DNA of 64,000 bases from Eledone cirrhosa (lineage: Eukaryota), in assembly GCA_964016885.1 (NCBI GenBank), contig OZ024747.1, positions 24,738,001-24,802,000 of the forward strand. The letters are read 5' to 3'. The notes under the pieces were generated by a model. It saw nothing but the letters and a program-made list of their open reading frames with translations, ran no database searches and was not told the origin of the DNA. The position numbers and the translations under genes are program-made. Positions 1 through 12,551 of this stretch are shown here, piece after piece. The stretch's first letter is position 1; the number at the start of each line of letters is the position of its first letter.

Positions 1-710
1 TGCATACCAGTGCCACGGATGAGATAACTCGCCCTAACATGTTTGGATTCCTTTCCAACAGTTCATAACTTTGAAGTTATGAACTCATTCCCCAAATTTC
101 ATAACTTCAGTTATGAACTCGTTTCCAACAGTTCACAACTTCAAAGCTAGATGGGTTACTAGTTTATTGATGTGACGTTTGTCAATCAAAATAGTCATTT
201 TACTGAAAAGAAAAACTGGCACAGCAACTGTAGCTGTGTAAAAATACGCAGCAGTCAACAGGTTAAAAATTTCCCCGAAGGTAACAATGACATTCCTTGT
301 GACAGTGTGTAATGCAGGGATTCGCTATCATCTGTGATAATGGCATGGGTGTCTTGATTTGCCTGAAACATATTTACAAAGCAAGACCAACATTTTATAT
401 TGTTGTATGTAACTGAATGTAAATATCTTCTCTTTTTTCTTTCTGATTCTTTTTTTTTTTTATTGATTTGTTACTTTTATAAATGTAGATTTCTTGCATC
501 AGATTCAAGGAGGAAGAGATAATTGGACATCGATTGCAATGTTTAAATTTTCCTTAGGAAGCATTGACCTCATGAAGAAGATCAGTTATAAGTAAGAGTA
601 TATTTACCCACTCGGACCAGATAGATCTTTGAAAAAAATTAAATGGTGAAAGTTGAGCTTTGGAAAAATATTAAATAGCAAGAAACCATTACTTAACATA
701 AGATTTTAAA

Positions 711-930
711 TAATTGTTTCTACTTTAGGCACAAGGCCAGGAATTTGGGGGCAGGGAAAAGTTGATTAAATTGACCCCAGTGTATTACTGGTACTTTATT
801 TTATCGACCCCATAAGGATGAAAGACAAAGTTAACCTCAGCGGAAATTGAACTCAGAACATAAAGGGTCATAACTCTATGCTGCAAAGCATGGTGTCTGA
901 CACTCTATCAATCCTACCCATCCACCACCC
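711..930 (-). mobile_element. tRNA-derived SINE, family A
   Basis: Reverse complement of the 26735-26923 copy: B-box-like GAGTTCAA, core CTTTCATCCTTATGGGGTCGATAAAATAAAGTACCAG, 3' end GTGCCTAAAGTAGAAACAATTA. Confidence 0.8.
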
Positions 931-1189
931 TTACTTAAAATAATAAGAATGTGAATACCTTCTTATCAACTAATTTCTCTCTAGAATAATTATAATTTAG
1001 CTTTGCTATCACTTACAGTAATACTGTGAGTGTTTTGGGTTGCCTCAAAAATTTCTAGAGGCAACACTAACATTCTCTGTTGCAACATGTAACTGAGCAT
1101 GCATATTTTCTGCATTATTTTCTATAATTAATTTCTATCAATTTCTTTTTTTTATTTCTTTTTTTTTCATGTAAATCCTATTAAGTGGA

Positions 1190-1415
1190 CGCCACTACAC
1201 TCTGTAAAGTGGCAGAATAAAATGCACCCAGTACACTCTGTGAAGTGGTTGACATTAGGAAGGGCATCCAGCTGTAGCAATCAAGCTAAAATGGAATGTA
1301 TGAACAGGATGTGTCTCTCCAAACTATCTAGTCTTGAACTGTGACAAACTGTCCAACCCATGCCAGCATGGAGAGCAGATGTAAAACACTTTTGATGATG
1401 ATGATGATGATGATG
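1190..1415 (+). mobile_element. RTE-type 3' tail (SINE or 5'-truncated LINE) ending in (GAT)n
   Basis: Contains CACTCTGT(A/G)AAGTGG...TTAGGAAGGGCATCCAGC and CCAACCCATGCCAGCATGG followed by (GAT)n, the same 3' end as the RTE copies at 13250-13443 and 39140-39324. Confidence 0.7.
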
Positions 1416-1908
1416 AATGTCAACTAGAAATATATATATATATTTTTTTGTTAAGAAACGAAAATTAATGTCAGTAAAACCTAATGAAGTTAATACTTGG
1501 TAGCTCATGTCACAATGGACATTGTAGTGCTCATGGAAGTAGAATACTAACAGTATTAAATTAATATAGACAACTGTACAGAGTCACTAATGTACTTAGA
1601 ACTTCATGTCTACCTTAGCTTTACCTTTTATCTAATTACATTATATATTGGAGATGTTAGTGGAAATTTAATAATCTTAAAAACTTAGTGATCTTTATAT
1701 AAATAGATAGAAAAATGTACTGAATTAAGGTCAGGTGTTTGTAAATACAGTGAGCTTGTATCCTATGTGGTCAACTGGTTCTTAACAATCCTGCATTATT
1801 CAAAAATCTGTATGTTTTTTTTAAACACTGAACCTCACAGAGGAGATGAAAGAACACAATGGGTGGATGGCTGGAGTGGAGCTGTGCTGGAAAAGACAAG
1901 TCCAACAC

Positions 1909-1947
<39 letters not shown>

Positions 1948-1989
1948 TACATACATACATACATACATACATACATACATACATACATA

Positions 1990-4450
1990 GGAAGAGACAT
2001 GCATACATACACCAGGAAGAGACATGATTGTCAGCTACTGGTACAAAAAACTAATATTCTATCGGAGGTATCTTACTGACCTCTACCAACAAGTTCTTAA
2101 GGGAGATACACTTATACCAGAATGATTGACATTAGCACAAAGGTACTTGTCCCCAAGAACAAAGACACCCACTTGGCAAAAAACTACCGACCCATTGCAT
2201 GCCAGAACCTGATGTATAAGATGTATACAGCCTGCCTGAACCTATTCCTCCAAGATCACTGTGAAAATAATAACATCATCACAGATGAACAAGCAGCTGG
2301 AAAGAAAAGGGTTTGGGGATGTGCTGAACAACTCCTAATCAACAAAACTGCGATGTCGGAGGTGCGACAACTTAGGAGGAATATGACTACAGTCTGGCTG
2401 GACTACAGGAAAGCTTTCGATTCTGTTCCCCACTCTTGGATGATAGAGGCCCTCCAACTTGCTAAAGTCCCAGACATTATTGTGCTACTATCCTAAGGTT
2501 AAAGACAGAGAGGGGGGACTCTATTTTCACTGATAACATAAAATATTGCAGGGGTATATTTCAAGGGGACAGTCTCTCTGTGATATTTTTCATCTTGTCA
2601 TTAAACCCCTTGTCCTTTCTGCTCAAGAAATGTGAGGGATACATCATTGGCTCACAGGAGGACAAAAATATGAACCTAACCCATTACTTCTTTGTGGACG
2701 ATCTGAAACTCTATGCCAAGAACATGGATGGGATGAAGAAAAATCTTGACCTGGTTACAACGTTCTCAAAGGATATAGGAATGGAGTTTGGCCAAGATAA
2801 ATGCTCATACATGACTGTAAAGCGGGGAAAAACAACAACCCAATCTAGCAACATTGTCATCAATGGTCTAACTGTTTCACCGATATCTGATGAGGACTGC
2901 TACAGATACCTGGGGATAGATGAGAACATATCCTATAATGACATCTGTAATAAAGATACTACACCCGATTAAGAAAGATCTGGTCATCGGAACTCTCTGC
3001 GCAAAACAAAAACAGTGGCTCACAATGTGTTTGCTGTGCCTGTCCTAACACAACGTTTGGAATACTCAATTGGATGATAGACGAAATCTGAGCAGTTGAT
3101 GTTGGAACTCGAAAAATACTGAACAATACCGGAAACTTCCATATCAACAGTGACATAGACCGCCTTTACTTGAAACGTAAGTAGGGAGGCAGAGGCCTAA
3201 CATCAGTCCAGACAACATTTGAATGTCGCATCATATCTCTCCGACAACATCTACAAACCTCGAAGCGTAGGAGTCCGCTTCTTGAGCAAGTCTATCTGCA
3301 TGAAACAGATAAGATCATGAGAGTTGGGAAGGAACTCCTTGAGAGATATTCCCTGTGTGATAATCAAAAACTCATACCCAGGGATGTCACTCAGCAGTAT
3401 CGCAGTGAATCCATGGATGAAAAACTGCATACCTATCAGCAAAAAATCATGCATGGATATGTTGCCAGGAAGCTCCAGAGTGATAGTAATATAGATAAGG
3501 AAAGTAGTCTATCTTGGACCAACAACCGCTATATTGGCTCCCACTTTGAAGGATACGCTTTTGCAATCCAAGAACAGGAGATTAGCACGAAATACCTGAT
3601 TCACAAAAGAGATAGGGATGCAGGCAAAACACCTAGATGTGATAACAAGTGCAGACTCTGCAGAACTAACATCGAGGATATCACCCATGTCATCAGCAGC
3701 TGTCCAAAGATGTCATCGCGGTACTATCTACCTATGAGGCATGATGTAGTGGCCAAAACACTGTACAATGCAGTTCGTAAAAAAGATAGCCCCGATAATA
3801 AACACATTAAAAGCTACAACAATGTTGAAGACATCCATGTACATAATATGAAAGAGTACTGGTGGAATGTTCCAGTAAAAACCCCAATAAAATGCAGGCA
3901 TAACAGACCAGATATTATGATATGGGACAGGGAGAAGAAAACATGCACAGTAGTGGAAATTAGCTGCCCAGCAGATGCCAATATAATATCAAAGATTAAT
4001 GAAAAGGAGAACATTTATGCAGAACTGATGAGAAATCTGCAGATACTCCACCCTGATTACACCTTCAGATTTATGCCTGTGATTGTTGGGGCACTGGGAC
4101 AGAAAGAACACAGGCTTCACAGGAACAGAAAGAACACAACTAGTTAGGAAACTACAAGTACAATCCATTAATGGAACAGTAAAAATATGTAAAACATTCC
4201 AAAAATTTTGCATCTAATTTTGGCATATACACATGTACAGATACAAAGCATATACACATGCACACATACAACTCAAAACATACACATACAATAACATCCA
4301 TATCTACACATGCATACATACATATCTACCTAGTTGATGTTGTGTAAATTCCAATGAGAGAGTCTTGTGTCTATGTTAGAAACCGACTCTCTCTCTCTAT
4401 TGGTAAAACTTTGTGAAATTATAAAACCAGAAGAACATACATACATACAT
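1990..4450 (+). mobile_element. 5'-truncated, degenerate R4/Dong-like non-LTR retrotransposon (RT + CCHC knuckle + restriction-like endonuclease)
   Basis: Fragmented ORFs at 2122-2496, 2580-2972 and 3317-4147. RT motifs NYRPIAC, WLDYRKAFDSV, GIFQGDSLS, FVDDLKLY, YRYLG; CCHC CRLC-x8-H-x4-C; RHD motif; RLE motif RPDIMIWD...VVEISCP. Internal stops and frameshifts. (CATA)n lies on both sides. Confidence 0.9.
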
Positions 4451-4671
4451 ATATATATATACACCCACACACCCACACACATATGCCTTTATTTTATATA
4501 GAAATTACTTCTACAGGTCTAGAACTGTTTCATTCATATAAAATCATCAGCAATAAAGATGCCTATACTTCTTTTATTGCAGTCACCTCCTGATACCCAT
4601 TAGGAATCTGCCCATAATTCTATATAAAAATAATAATAATGAAATTATTGTGTACAGTGCTCAGGTGCACT

Positions 4672-4765
<94 letters not shown>

Positions 4766-4789
4766 GAGAGAGAGAGAGGTTTCTACAGA

Positions 4790-5090
4790 GGTTTTCTATG
4801 GTAAATTTCACTCACAGGTACAGTCCATCTTGTATTATGGTATATGTGGCCAAGTATTCCACAGAGACGTCCACCCTTAACAAAGTTCTCAAGAAGATTC
4901 AGTGTGACATAATGTGTGGGAAGACTGACCCTTTGAATTACAGGTTACAACTCATTTTTACCAGCTGAGTGAACTGGAGCAACGTGAAATGAAGTGTCTT
5001 GCTCAAGGACACAATGTGCTGTCAGGAATCAAACTCATTACCTTACAATTATGAGCTGAACTCTTTAACCACTAAGCCACATTCCTCTAC
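4790..5090 (-). mobile_element. tRNA-derived SINE, family B
   Basis: On the minus strand: TGGCTTAGTGGTTA A-box-like head, GAGTTTGATTCC B-box-like motif and GTGTCCTTGAGCAAGACACTT core, matching 63436-63556. Confidence 0.7.
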
Positions 5091-5652
5091 CCTCAAAATT
5101 TATAACCTACTAAACTGCTATAGTTATAGTACCGAATCAATGGTACTTTAATTTGATCATTTGAAAGCTCAATAGAGAATGGATGAAAGAGCACTGAAGT
5201 ATTAAGAGGTCTGTTCACCATACAAATTAACAATAATTCCTTGTAAGAATCTACAGTAGAAGATGGTTAGTAGTTAGCGTGACAATCCACACAGTGGTGA
5301 TTTCTTAGTATTGATTTTCAGAGGATTTTTCACTTGAAGAACTCAACTGGATTATAAAGATTATTGACAGAGAAGTAATAATTAGTTCTTCACAATAAAA
5401 CCAACAACGGGAATGGGGCGAGGAGAGGGTTGAAGGGGAAAAAAAATCAATATACATTTTCATTGCAGTTCCGTAACTTTTATATGAAACAATGACATAT
5501 TTGGATCAATCGTTTAACGATAGCCATTTTGGTATAACTACTGTTTAGTGCAACCAACCAACCCCACACAACCATCGTCAAATTTGTTTCCTCATAACTT
5601 TCCTAATAATGCATATTTTTAATGAAATTTTACAGCGATACATTTTCATGCT

Positions 5653-5707
<55 letters not shown>

Positions 5708-6436
5708 GTGTGTGTGTGTATTTATATACACTGAAGTGGGTGTTTTAAATACTAGTGTACATAAAATGTTTAAACATTAACTGAATGATCACTCAATACA
5801 TGAGAGCATAATGTAAAATTTATTTTCATGTGTGTATATATATATGTATGTGTTTATATGTTTGTGTATGTGTATATGTGCGTATGTGTATGTGTGTGTT
5901 TACTTTTACTGTTTGTTTATGTCCCATAATTATTTAGCAATTTGCCAACAAAAAGATGATTGATAAAATACCAGATTTGAAAAGCTTAAAAACTAAGTAC
6001 TGGGACTTTATGATCAACTAAATCTCTTCAAGATAGTACGCAGGTATGACCACAGTCTAATGACTGAAAAGAGTAATAAAAAAAATACTAGGGCCTATAC
6101 TATCACTTACATCTCATCAGATTTAGTTGATAGTATAGGTTGAATAATACTGACTGAAACCAGAAAAAGAATTAAACAACAGAACTAAACAACAGTAGAT
6201 AAAACATCTAAATAGTTCTCTTACATAGCAGTTGTTATTGACTTTCATGGCTGAAATATATTTATTTTTCTAATTCATCTTATCAATTTTTATGTCACGA
6301 TTCTAGAATAGGTCTGATGAAATATTTTTTCTTTTTATCAGAAGATATATATTCTAAAAATCATGTATGGCAGCAATATATATATAAATGTATACATGCA
6401 ATGGTGTATGTGATTGTGTATATATACATATACATG

Positions 6437-6479
<43 letters not shown>

Positions 6480-6659
6480 GTAATGTATATCCTCATCATC
6501 AATGTCTTGATTCTCACCATTTAATGTCTATTGTCTATGCTTGCATGGGTGAGACAGGTTGGCACGTTCTGAGGTAGACTAGTCAAGTGACGGTGTCTTG
6601 CTCAAACATTCCATTATTGGCTCGATTTTTACTGCTGGATGCCATTTGTAACACCTAAG

Positions 6660-6950
6660 TTGTGGTGTGAAGCAAAGAAGGCTGAGATGGTATGGACATG
6701 TGGTGCGCATGGAGGATGACCGCTGGGTAAAGAAGTGCCAAGAAATCCCAGTTGATGGAAGACGCAGTAGAGGTAGATCACGAAAACCATGGGCGGAGGT
6801 GGTGAGAGCAGACCTCAGATCGCTGAAACTCACGGAGGAGATGACGAAGGACCGTGACAAGTGGAGAGATGTTGTGCTGAATAGGACCCGTCCAACCCGT
6901 GCAAGCACGGAAAAGCGGACGTAAAATGATGATGATGATGATGATGATGA
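6660..6950 (+). mobile_element. RTE LINE 3' fragment
   Basis: Translates to RLRWYGHVVRME...GRRSRGRSRKPW, the RTE ORF C-terminus, followed by a (GAT)n tail. A more decayed copy lies at 7130-7312. Confidence 0.85.
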
Positions 6951-6958
6951 TATATAAA

Positions 6959-7128
6959 TACTCGAGGGTCGGCTGAAAAGTTCATAGGCTGACTATGAAG
7001 GATTGATACTAGAATTGTGAAATCTTGCATGCATTAATCTCTTCTTATTGATAACTGCATTTTAGCTTTCCAGGGACTATGTTGAAAAATAAATCTCATT
7101 TTGTCATTCAATGTGAGTATCTTGGTCA
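6959..7128 (+). mobile_element. Partial Tc1/mariner-like MITE
   Basis: Left end GAGGGTCGGCTGAAAAGTTCATAGGCTGAC matches the complete copy at 27230-27638. Confidence 0.6.
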
Positions 7129-7459
7129 ACCTGTGGATGGAAACTGCAGTAGAGGTAGACCAAGAAAGACCTGGGCAGAGGTGGTGAGAGCTGACCTCAA
7201 TTTGCTGAGACTCACAGAGTAGATGACAAAGAAATGGGGCAAGAGGAGAAATGGTGTGCTGAAAAGGACCCGTCCAACCCATGAAAAAGGGATGTAAAAA
7301 CAATGATGATATGTATATGGAGATCAATAAAATTAGTACTACCTTAAAGTATGTATATTTTCCTACATATTGTTTGTTCTAGATATGTATACAAAATGCT
7401 ATGTGCTTCTCAAAAGATATTTGCCTCTTTCTCCTCTCTCTAAATATATCTTTTAAATT

Positions 7460-7498
<39 letters not shown>

Positions 7499-7752
7499 AT
7501 ATATTTGTATATGTATATATACAGGGAGACACAAAACAGGCTTTGTTTACAAATGGCTAGCGAATTTGAAAATTAGGTAGTAAGGTGTGGTTACACTGTA
7601 TTTGACTAAGTAGAATTAGTCTGTTAGTCAGGGTTTAAAAAAAACGTCTGAATGAAAAAAAAGGATGAGTATTGATGTACATGGGAAACAAACCTACATC
7701 TTTGGTTTGCCGGACCAGTATATTTGTATATATATATATATATATATATTTG

Positions 7753-7798
<46 letters not shown>

Positions 7799-7809
7799 TA
7801 TATAGATAT

Positions 7810-7839
<30 letters not shown>

Positions 7840-7841
<2 letters not shown>

Positions 7842-8158
7842 TTCGTTTCTGAATTTGGATGCGCAGACTGAGCACACAACACACACACAGAAACAAAATG
7901 GCGTAGGACAGAACAAAGGAGAGGCACAGAAACAAAGAAAGGAATCCCCAGTCACTGAAGAGGTCACAGAGTGTGTGACGAAAGAACTATGACTATATAT
8001 AAGCAACTATCTGGTTGTGGAACCAACCAACCAACCAACCAGAAATTTATAAATTTATAAATTTATAGGTTTATTATAAATTTATTATAATAAATTGAAG
8101 TGAAAGCAACTGGTGCGTGTGTTTCTTATTGGCAACATGACCCTCCCAAAGTATAACA

Positions 8159-8160
<2 letters not shown>
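7840..8160 (+). mobile_element. Solo PLE pseudo-LTR (PLE-2 family) with a short inverted terminus
   Basis: 7860-8160 is nearly identical to 46488-46760. 7840-7858 is the reverse complement of the PLE-2 extension end CAAATTCAGAAACGAAAT. (TA)n on both sides. Confidence 0.85.
7950..7994 (+). ncRNA. Type I minimal hammerhead ribozyme (family A)
   Basis: Stem I AGTCA/TGACT; core CTGAAGA; stem II GTCACA/TGTGAC; GAAA; minimal stem III; NUH triplet CUA. Confidence 0.8.
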
Positions 8161-8214
<54 letters not shown>

Positions 8215-8489
8215 GTATATATATGTATATATGTATATATATATATATATATAGATATATATATATATATATTGTTATATTTGGATAGGGTCATATTTGC
8301 GTAATATTGCCAGAATTAATAACAGAACACACTCACTGTTTGGTTGGTTTTCGCTTCTCGCTGTCTTTGATATATATATATCTGCGATCTAACTTACTCG
8401 GTCCTCAACGTTGCCATTGACTGACCGGCGGTCAAAAATAATACAGATACAATATAGACACAAACACATATATATAGTTTACATAATTT

Positions 8490-8530
8490 ACATAAATCTT
8501 TCGTTGCACATCTGCAACATCGTCAGTGGT
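8490..8530 (-). ncRNA. Hammerhead ribozyme motif (family B)
   Basis: Reverse complement of 12204-12244. Confidence 0.6.
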
Positions 8531-8796
8531 GTTATATTCATTGTTCCTCCTGTTGTGTTGTATGTCTACGCCATTTTTTTTTTGTTCAGTCTGTCTATAT
8601 ATTTATTTATTTATTTGCTTGTTTGTTTATCTTATTTTATTTTGTCTTCTTTGCGCATGCGTTTGCGTGTGTGTATAGTGTTATGTGTGATGTGTGACTA
8701 GTGTGTATAGTGTTGTGTCTGCTGGGTGACTAGTGTGTGTTTATGTGCTTGTGTATGTATTTATTTATCTTATTTTATTTTATTTTATTTACTTAT

Positions 8797-10973
8797 TTAT
8801 ACTTCTCTTAGGTCAGTGTTGTTTGTTTGGGTGTTGTTGTTGTTCCACTCATTCTTTCTGTTTAGCTTTGGTCTTCTAATTTCTATTTCACTGGCCTCTC
8901 TGATTTGCCTATCTGCTGGGTCATTCCTATGTTTAGATATTATTCTAATTTCTATGTTGTCTATGTTACCGTCATGTTGTTGTCTAGCATGTTCGTATAG
9001 TACTGACCCGTTTTTTCGTCCTTTCAGTTCCCCCCAGTGTTGGTCTATCCTTTCACCTATGCTACGAGCTGTCTCACCTATGTATGTTGTTGTCATGTTT
9101 CTGCAAGTACCCTCTGTACATCTTATGCTATAGACTACGTTTCTAGTTTTACAGTTTATCCGGGGGTTCACCTTACATATGATACATTTCCTATTGGTAC
9201 AGTGGGTTTTCTTAAAAGGGTAGGTTTTGCTGATCAGGGATTTTATGGTGGTTCCTGGCTTTTCTACCACCTTTATTTTTAAGTGGGTCTTTCTCAGGGC
9301 CTTTCTACACTGGTTAGCTAATTTCCCTCCAGGGGTGGCGTCCACAAACATGACACTCTGATATCTCTGGTTGTCGTACCATGATGTGGCCTTCCCTATC
9401 TTATGTCTAGCCCTATCTAAGCTATTCCATGATTTGCTCCTGTATAGTGGGCAAATTCCTTTCATGTCCAGTTCTATGAGGGTCTTATACTTTTCCATGG
9501 CTCCTTCGTATACTCTGACTCTGTCTCTTTGGTTGTAGCCAGAGAACTGCATGCGGTTGATGAAGTGTTGGATGTGTCCTTCCATTTCTGTTGGGTCGCA
9601 CATGCTGGACACATTCTTCATCACTCGTACCAAATCTGCGATCAGAATATTAAACTTAGCACTACTGGACATTGCTGAGTTTTTGAGTATCAGGTATTTG
9701 GAGGCCATGGGTTTAGCATAGTGTGAGTGGAGAATTTGGGCTCTCTCGTCTATAGTGTTAATCCAGAGTTCTGTGTCTAATACAGGTAGTCTATTGTTAG
9801 GGTGTTTGGAAGGGAAGTCTATAGTTACAGTTATACTCTGGTGTATGGAATTAGCTATCTGCTGGATGCTTTCCATCGTGCTACGTTCTAAATCAAACTT
9901 GTTAGTGCTCTCTAGTGGGGGTGTTCTTATAACTATATTGATATCGTCTACATAACGAGAGTACATGATGAGGTCTATGGAGCTTTCATTAAGGAGATCT
10001 TTAAGTCTCCTTTCCCACCATACCATGAAAAGGTTGGCAACATCACCAGCTATGCTGACACTGATGGTTGCTCCCTCATTTTGGGTGTAGATTTTCTCAT
10101 TGAACTTAAATATGTGGCCCTTTAGGGTAGTTTTGATACTAGCCCCTATTGCATGTGCGACCATTTTTCTTACCTGATCAGTGTTTTGGGGGGTCCGTAT
10201 AGCTTTGGTCCACCCAATCCACCTTCCTATGGGAGTCTTTTTAGCCATTGAGGTTATGGTGGGGGGTCTACCTCTGATAGGTCTACTAGGGCAGAAACAT
10301 CTAAGGTCATGGCTGTCTAGGTAGTCAGTGTCGTAGGTAAGTCTAAGTAGGAGGCCCAGTTCGTCTGTGTCGACGTCGCAGAACTCCACCTCACTCTCAA
10401 TGATCATCTCCACACATCTTTTCACAGCAAAATCAATGTTAATGGATGGGTACAGTGACACCACATCCATGCTGCCTATTATGCAGTTGGATAGGCTCCT
10501 GTTTTTGTTGCACTCACTGATTCTGCTGAGGAGGTCCTCTGTACTTTCACATACATCTGGGGACATCTTGATTATGGGGCGCATAACCATTGAGAGGAAG
10601 TAGGAGATCCTGTAGTTGCTAGCTATATTAGCTCCGCATACGGGTCTTGTTGGTGGTCCTGTTGTCGGGTCGTCGACTGTCTTGTCGTCTTTGCGGAGCC
10701 CATACAAGGGTGGTATGCCATTGTTAGACGCCTGGAAGTTGTTGGCAGTGCGTCTGCTTGGCTTTAGGATGTCAGTCCACATCATCATGTGAGCGTTGAG
10801 GATTTTTTCTCTCCCATCGTGTGTTAGTTGTGCAACTTCGCTCGTGTTGGTGATGTGGGGTTGCATTCCCTCGATGTAGTTCGGCATGCTATCTATTGAC
10901 ATCCTACCAGACTTATCTGTGGGTAGACACACTACCTCACCATCCCTTGTGCGCTGCTTGAGGCTAACCAAGC
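8797..10973 (-). CDS. PLE reverse transcriptase + GIY-YIG endonuclease (5'-truncated, frame open)
   Basis: PTDKSGR; RT motifs GSMDVVSLYPSI and YSRYVDDI; Cys-rich linker CTNRKCIIC; GIY-YIG NVVYSIRC...YIGETAR. The first ~11 aa of the listed ORF come from the inversion junction. Confidence 0.9.
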
Positions 10974-11025
10974 TAACACTATAGACGAGAGAGCCCAAAT
11001 TCTCCACTCACACTATGCTAAACCC

Positions 11026-11937
11026 ATGGCCTCCAAATACCTGATACTCAAAAACTCAGCAATGTCCAGTAGTGCTAAGTTTAATATTCTGATCGCAGAT
11101 TTGGTACGAGTGATGAAGAATGTGTCCAGCATGTGCGACCCAACAGAAATGGAAGGACACATCCAACACTTCATCAACCGCATGCAGTTCTCTGGCTACA
11201 ACCAAAGAGACAGAGTCAGAGTATACGAAGGAGCCATGGAAAAGTATAAGACCCTCATAGAACTGGACATGAAAGGAATTTTCCCACTATACAGGAGCAA
11301 ATCATGGAATAGCTTAGATAGGGCTAGACATAAGATAGGGAAGGCCACATCATGGTACGACAACCAGAGATATCAGAGTGTCATGTTTGTGGACGCCACC
11401 CCTGGAGGGAAATTAGCTAACCAGTGTAGAAAGGCCCTGAGAAAGACCCACTTAAAAATAAAGGTGGTAGAAAAGCCAGGAACCACCATAAAATCCCTGA
11501 TCAGCAAAACCTACCCTTTTAAGAAAACCCACTGTACCAATAGGAAATGTATCATATGTAAGGTGAACTCCCGGATAAACTGTAAAACTAGAAACGTAGT
11601 CTATAGCATAAGATGTACAGAGGGTACTTGCAGAAACATGACAACAACATACATAGGTGAGACAGCTCGTAGCATAGGTGAAAGGATAGACCAACACTGG
11701 GGGGAACTGAAAGGACGAAAAAACGGGTCAGTACTATACGAACATGCTAGACAACAACATGACGGTAACATAGACAACATAGAAATTAGAATAATATCTA
11801 AACATAGGAATGACCCAGCAGATAGGCAAATCAGAGAGGCCAGTGAAATAGAAATTAGAAGACCAAAGCTAAACAGAAAGAATGAGTGGAACAACAACAA
11901 CACCCAAACAAACAACACTGACCTAAGAGAAGTATAA
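11026..11937 (+). CDS. Inverted duplicate of the PLE-1 C-terminus (thumb + GIY-YIG)
   Basis: Identical to the C-terminal 303 aa of the 8797-11007 ORF except GICPL>GIFPL and VNPR>VNSR. Confidence 0.85.
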   Translation: MASKYLILKNSAMSSSAKFNILIADLVRVMKNVSSMCDPTEMEGHIQHFINRMQFSGYNQRDRVRVYEGAMEKYKTLIELDMKGIFPLYRSKSWNSLDRARHKIGKATSWYDNQRYQSVMFVDATPGGKLANQCRKALRKTHLKIKVVEKPGTTIKSLISKTYPFKKTHCTNRKCIICKVNSRINCKTRNVVYSIRCTEGTCRNMTTTYIGETARSIGERIDQHWGELKGRKNGSVLYEHARQQHDGNIDNIEIRIISKHRNDPADRQIREASEIEIRRPKLNRKNEWNNNNTQTNNTDLREV

Positions 11938-12203
11938 ATAAGTAAATAAAATAAAATAAAATAAGATAAATAAATACATACACAAGCACATAAACACACA
12001 CTAGTCACCCAGCAGACACAACACTATACACACTAGTCACACATCACACATAACACTATACACACACGCAAACGCATGCGCAAAGAAGACAAAATAAAAT
12101 AAGATAAACAAACAAGCAAATAAATAAATAAATATATAGACAGACTGAACAAAAAAAAAATGGCGTAGACATACAACACAACAGGAGGAACAATGAATAT
12201 AAC

Positions 12204-12244
12204 ACCACTGACGATGTTGCAGATGTGCAACGAAAGATTTATGT
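12204..12244 (+). ncRNA. Hammerhead ribozyme motif (family B)
   Basis: CTGACGA-T-GTTGCA-GATG-TGCAAC-GAAA-GAT-TTA. Stem II is perfect but stem I is weak. Occupies the same position in the 3' repeat as family A does in PLE-2. Confidence 0.6.
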
Positions 12245-12551
12245 AAATTATGTAAACTATATATATGTGTTTGTGTCTATATTGTATCTGTATTATTTTT
12301 GACCGCCGGTCAGTCAATGGCAACGTTGAGGACCGAGTAAGTTAGATCGCAGATATATATATATCAAAGACAGCGAGAAGCGAAAACCAACCAAACAGTG
12401 AGTGTGTTCTGTTATTAATTCTGGCAATATTACGCAAATATGACCCTCCCCAAATATAACAATATCTGTTTCGACACACGATTTCATATAAAAAACCTCG
12501 CAAAACTAATTCATCGCCGCTATATATATATAAATATATATATATATATAG

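Larger units (their letters stand above)
8271..12520 (-). mobile_element. Penelope-like element PLE-1: 5'-truncated copy plus inverted 3' copy
   Basis: RT-GIY-YIG ORF on the minus strand. Near-perfect inverted arms at 8271-9760 and 10974-12463 (~1.49 kb). Hammerhead motif in each arm. (TA)n on both flanks. Confidence 0.92.

Noticed and set aside
10974-11007. Start codon and N-terminus of the 736-aa PLE ORF
   Set aside because: This segment belongs to the inverted arm. The real ORF is 5'-truncated at the inversion junction.
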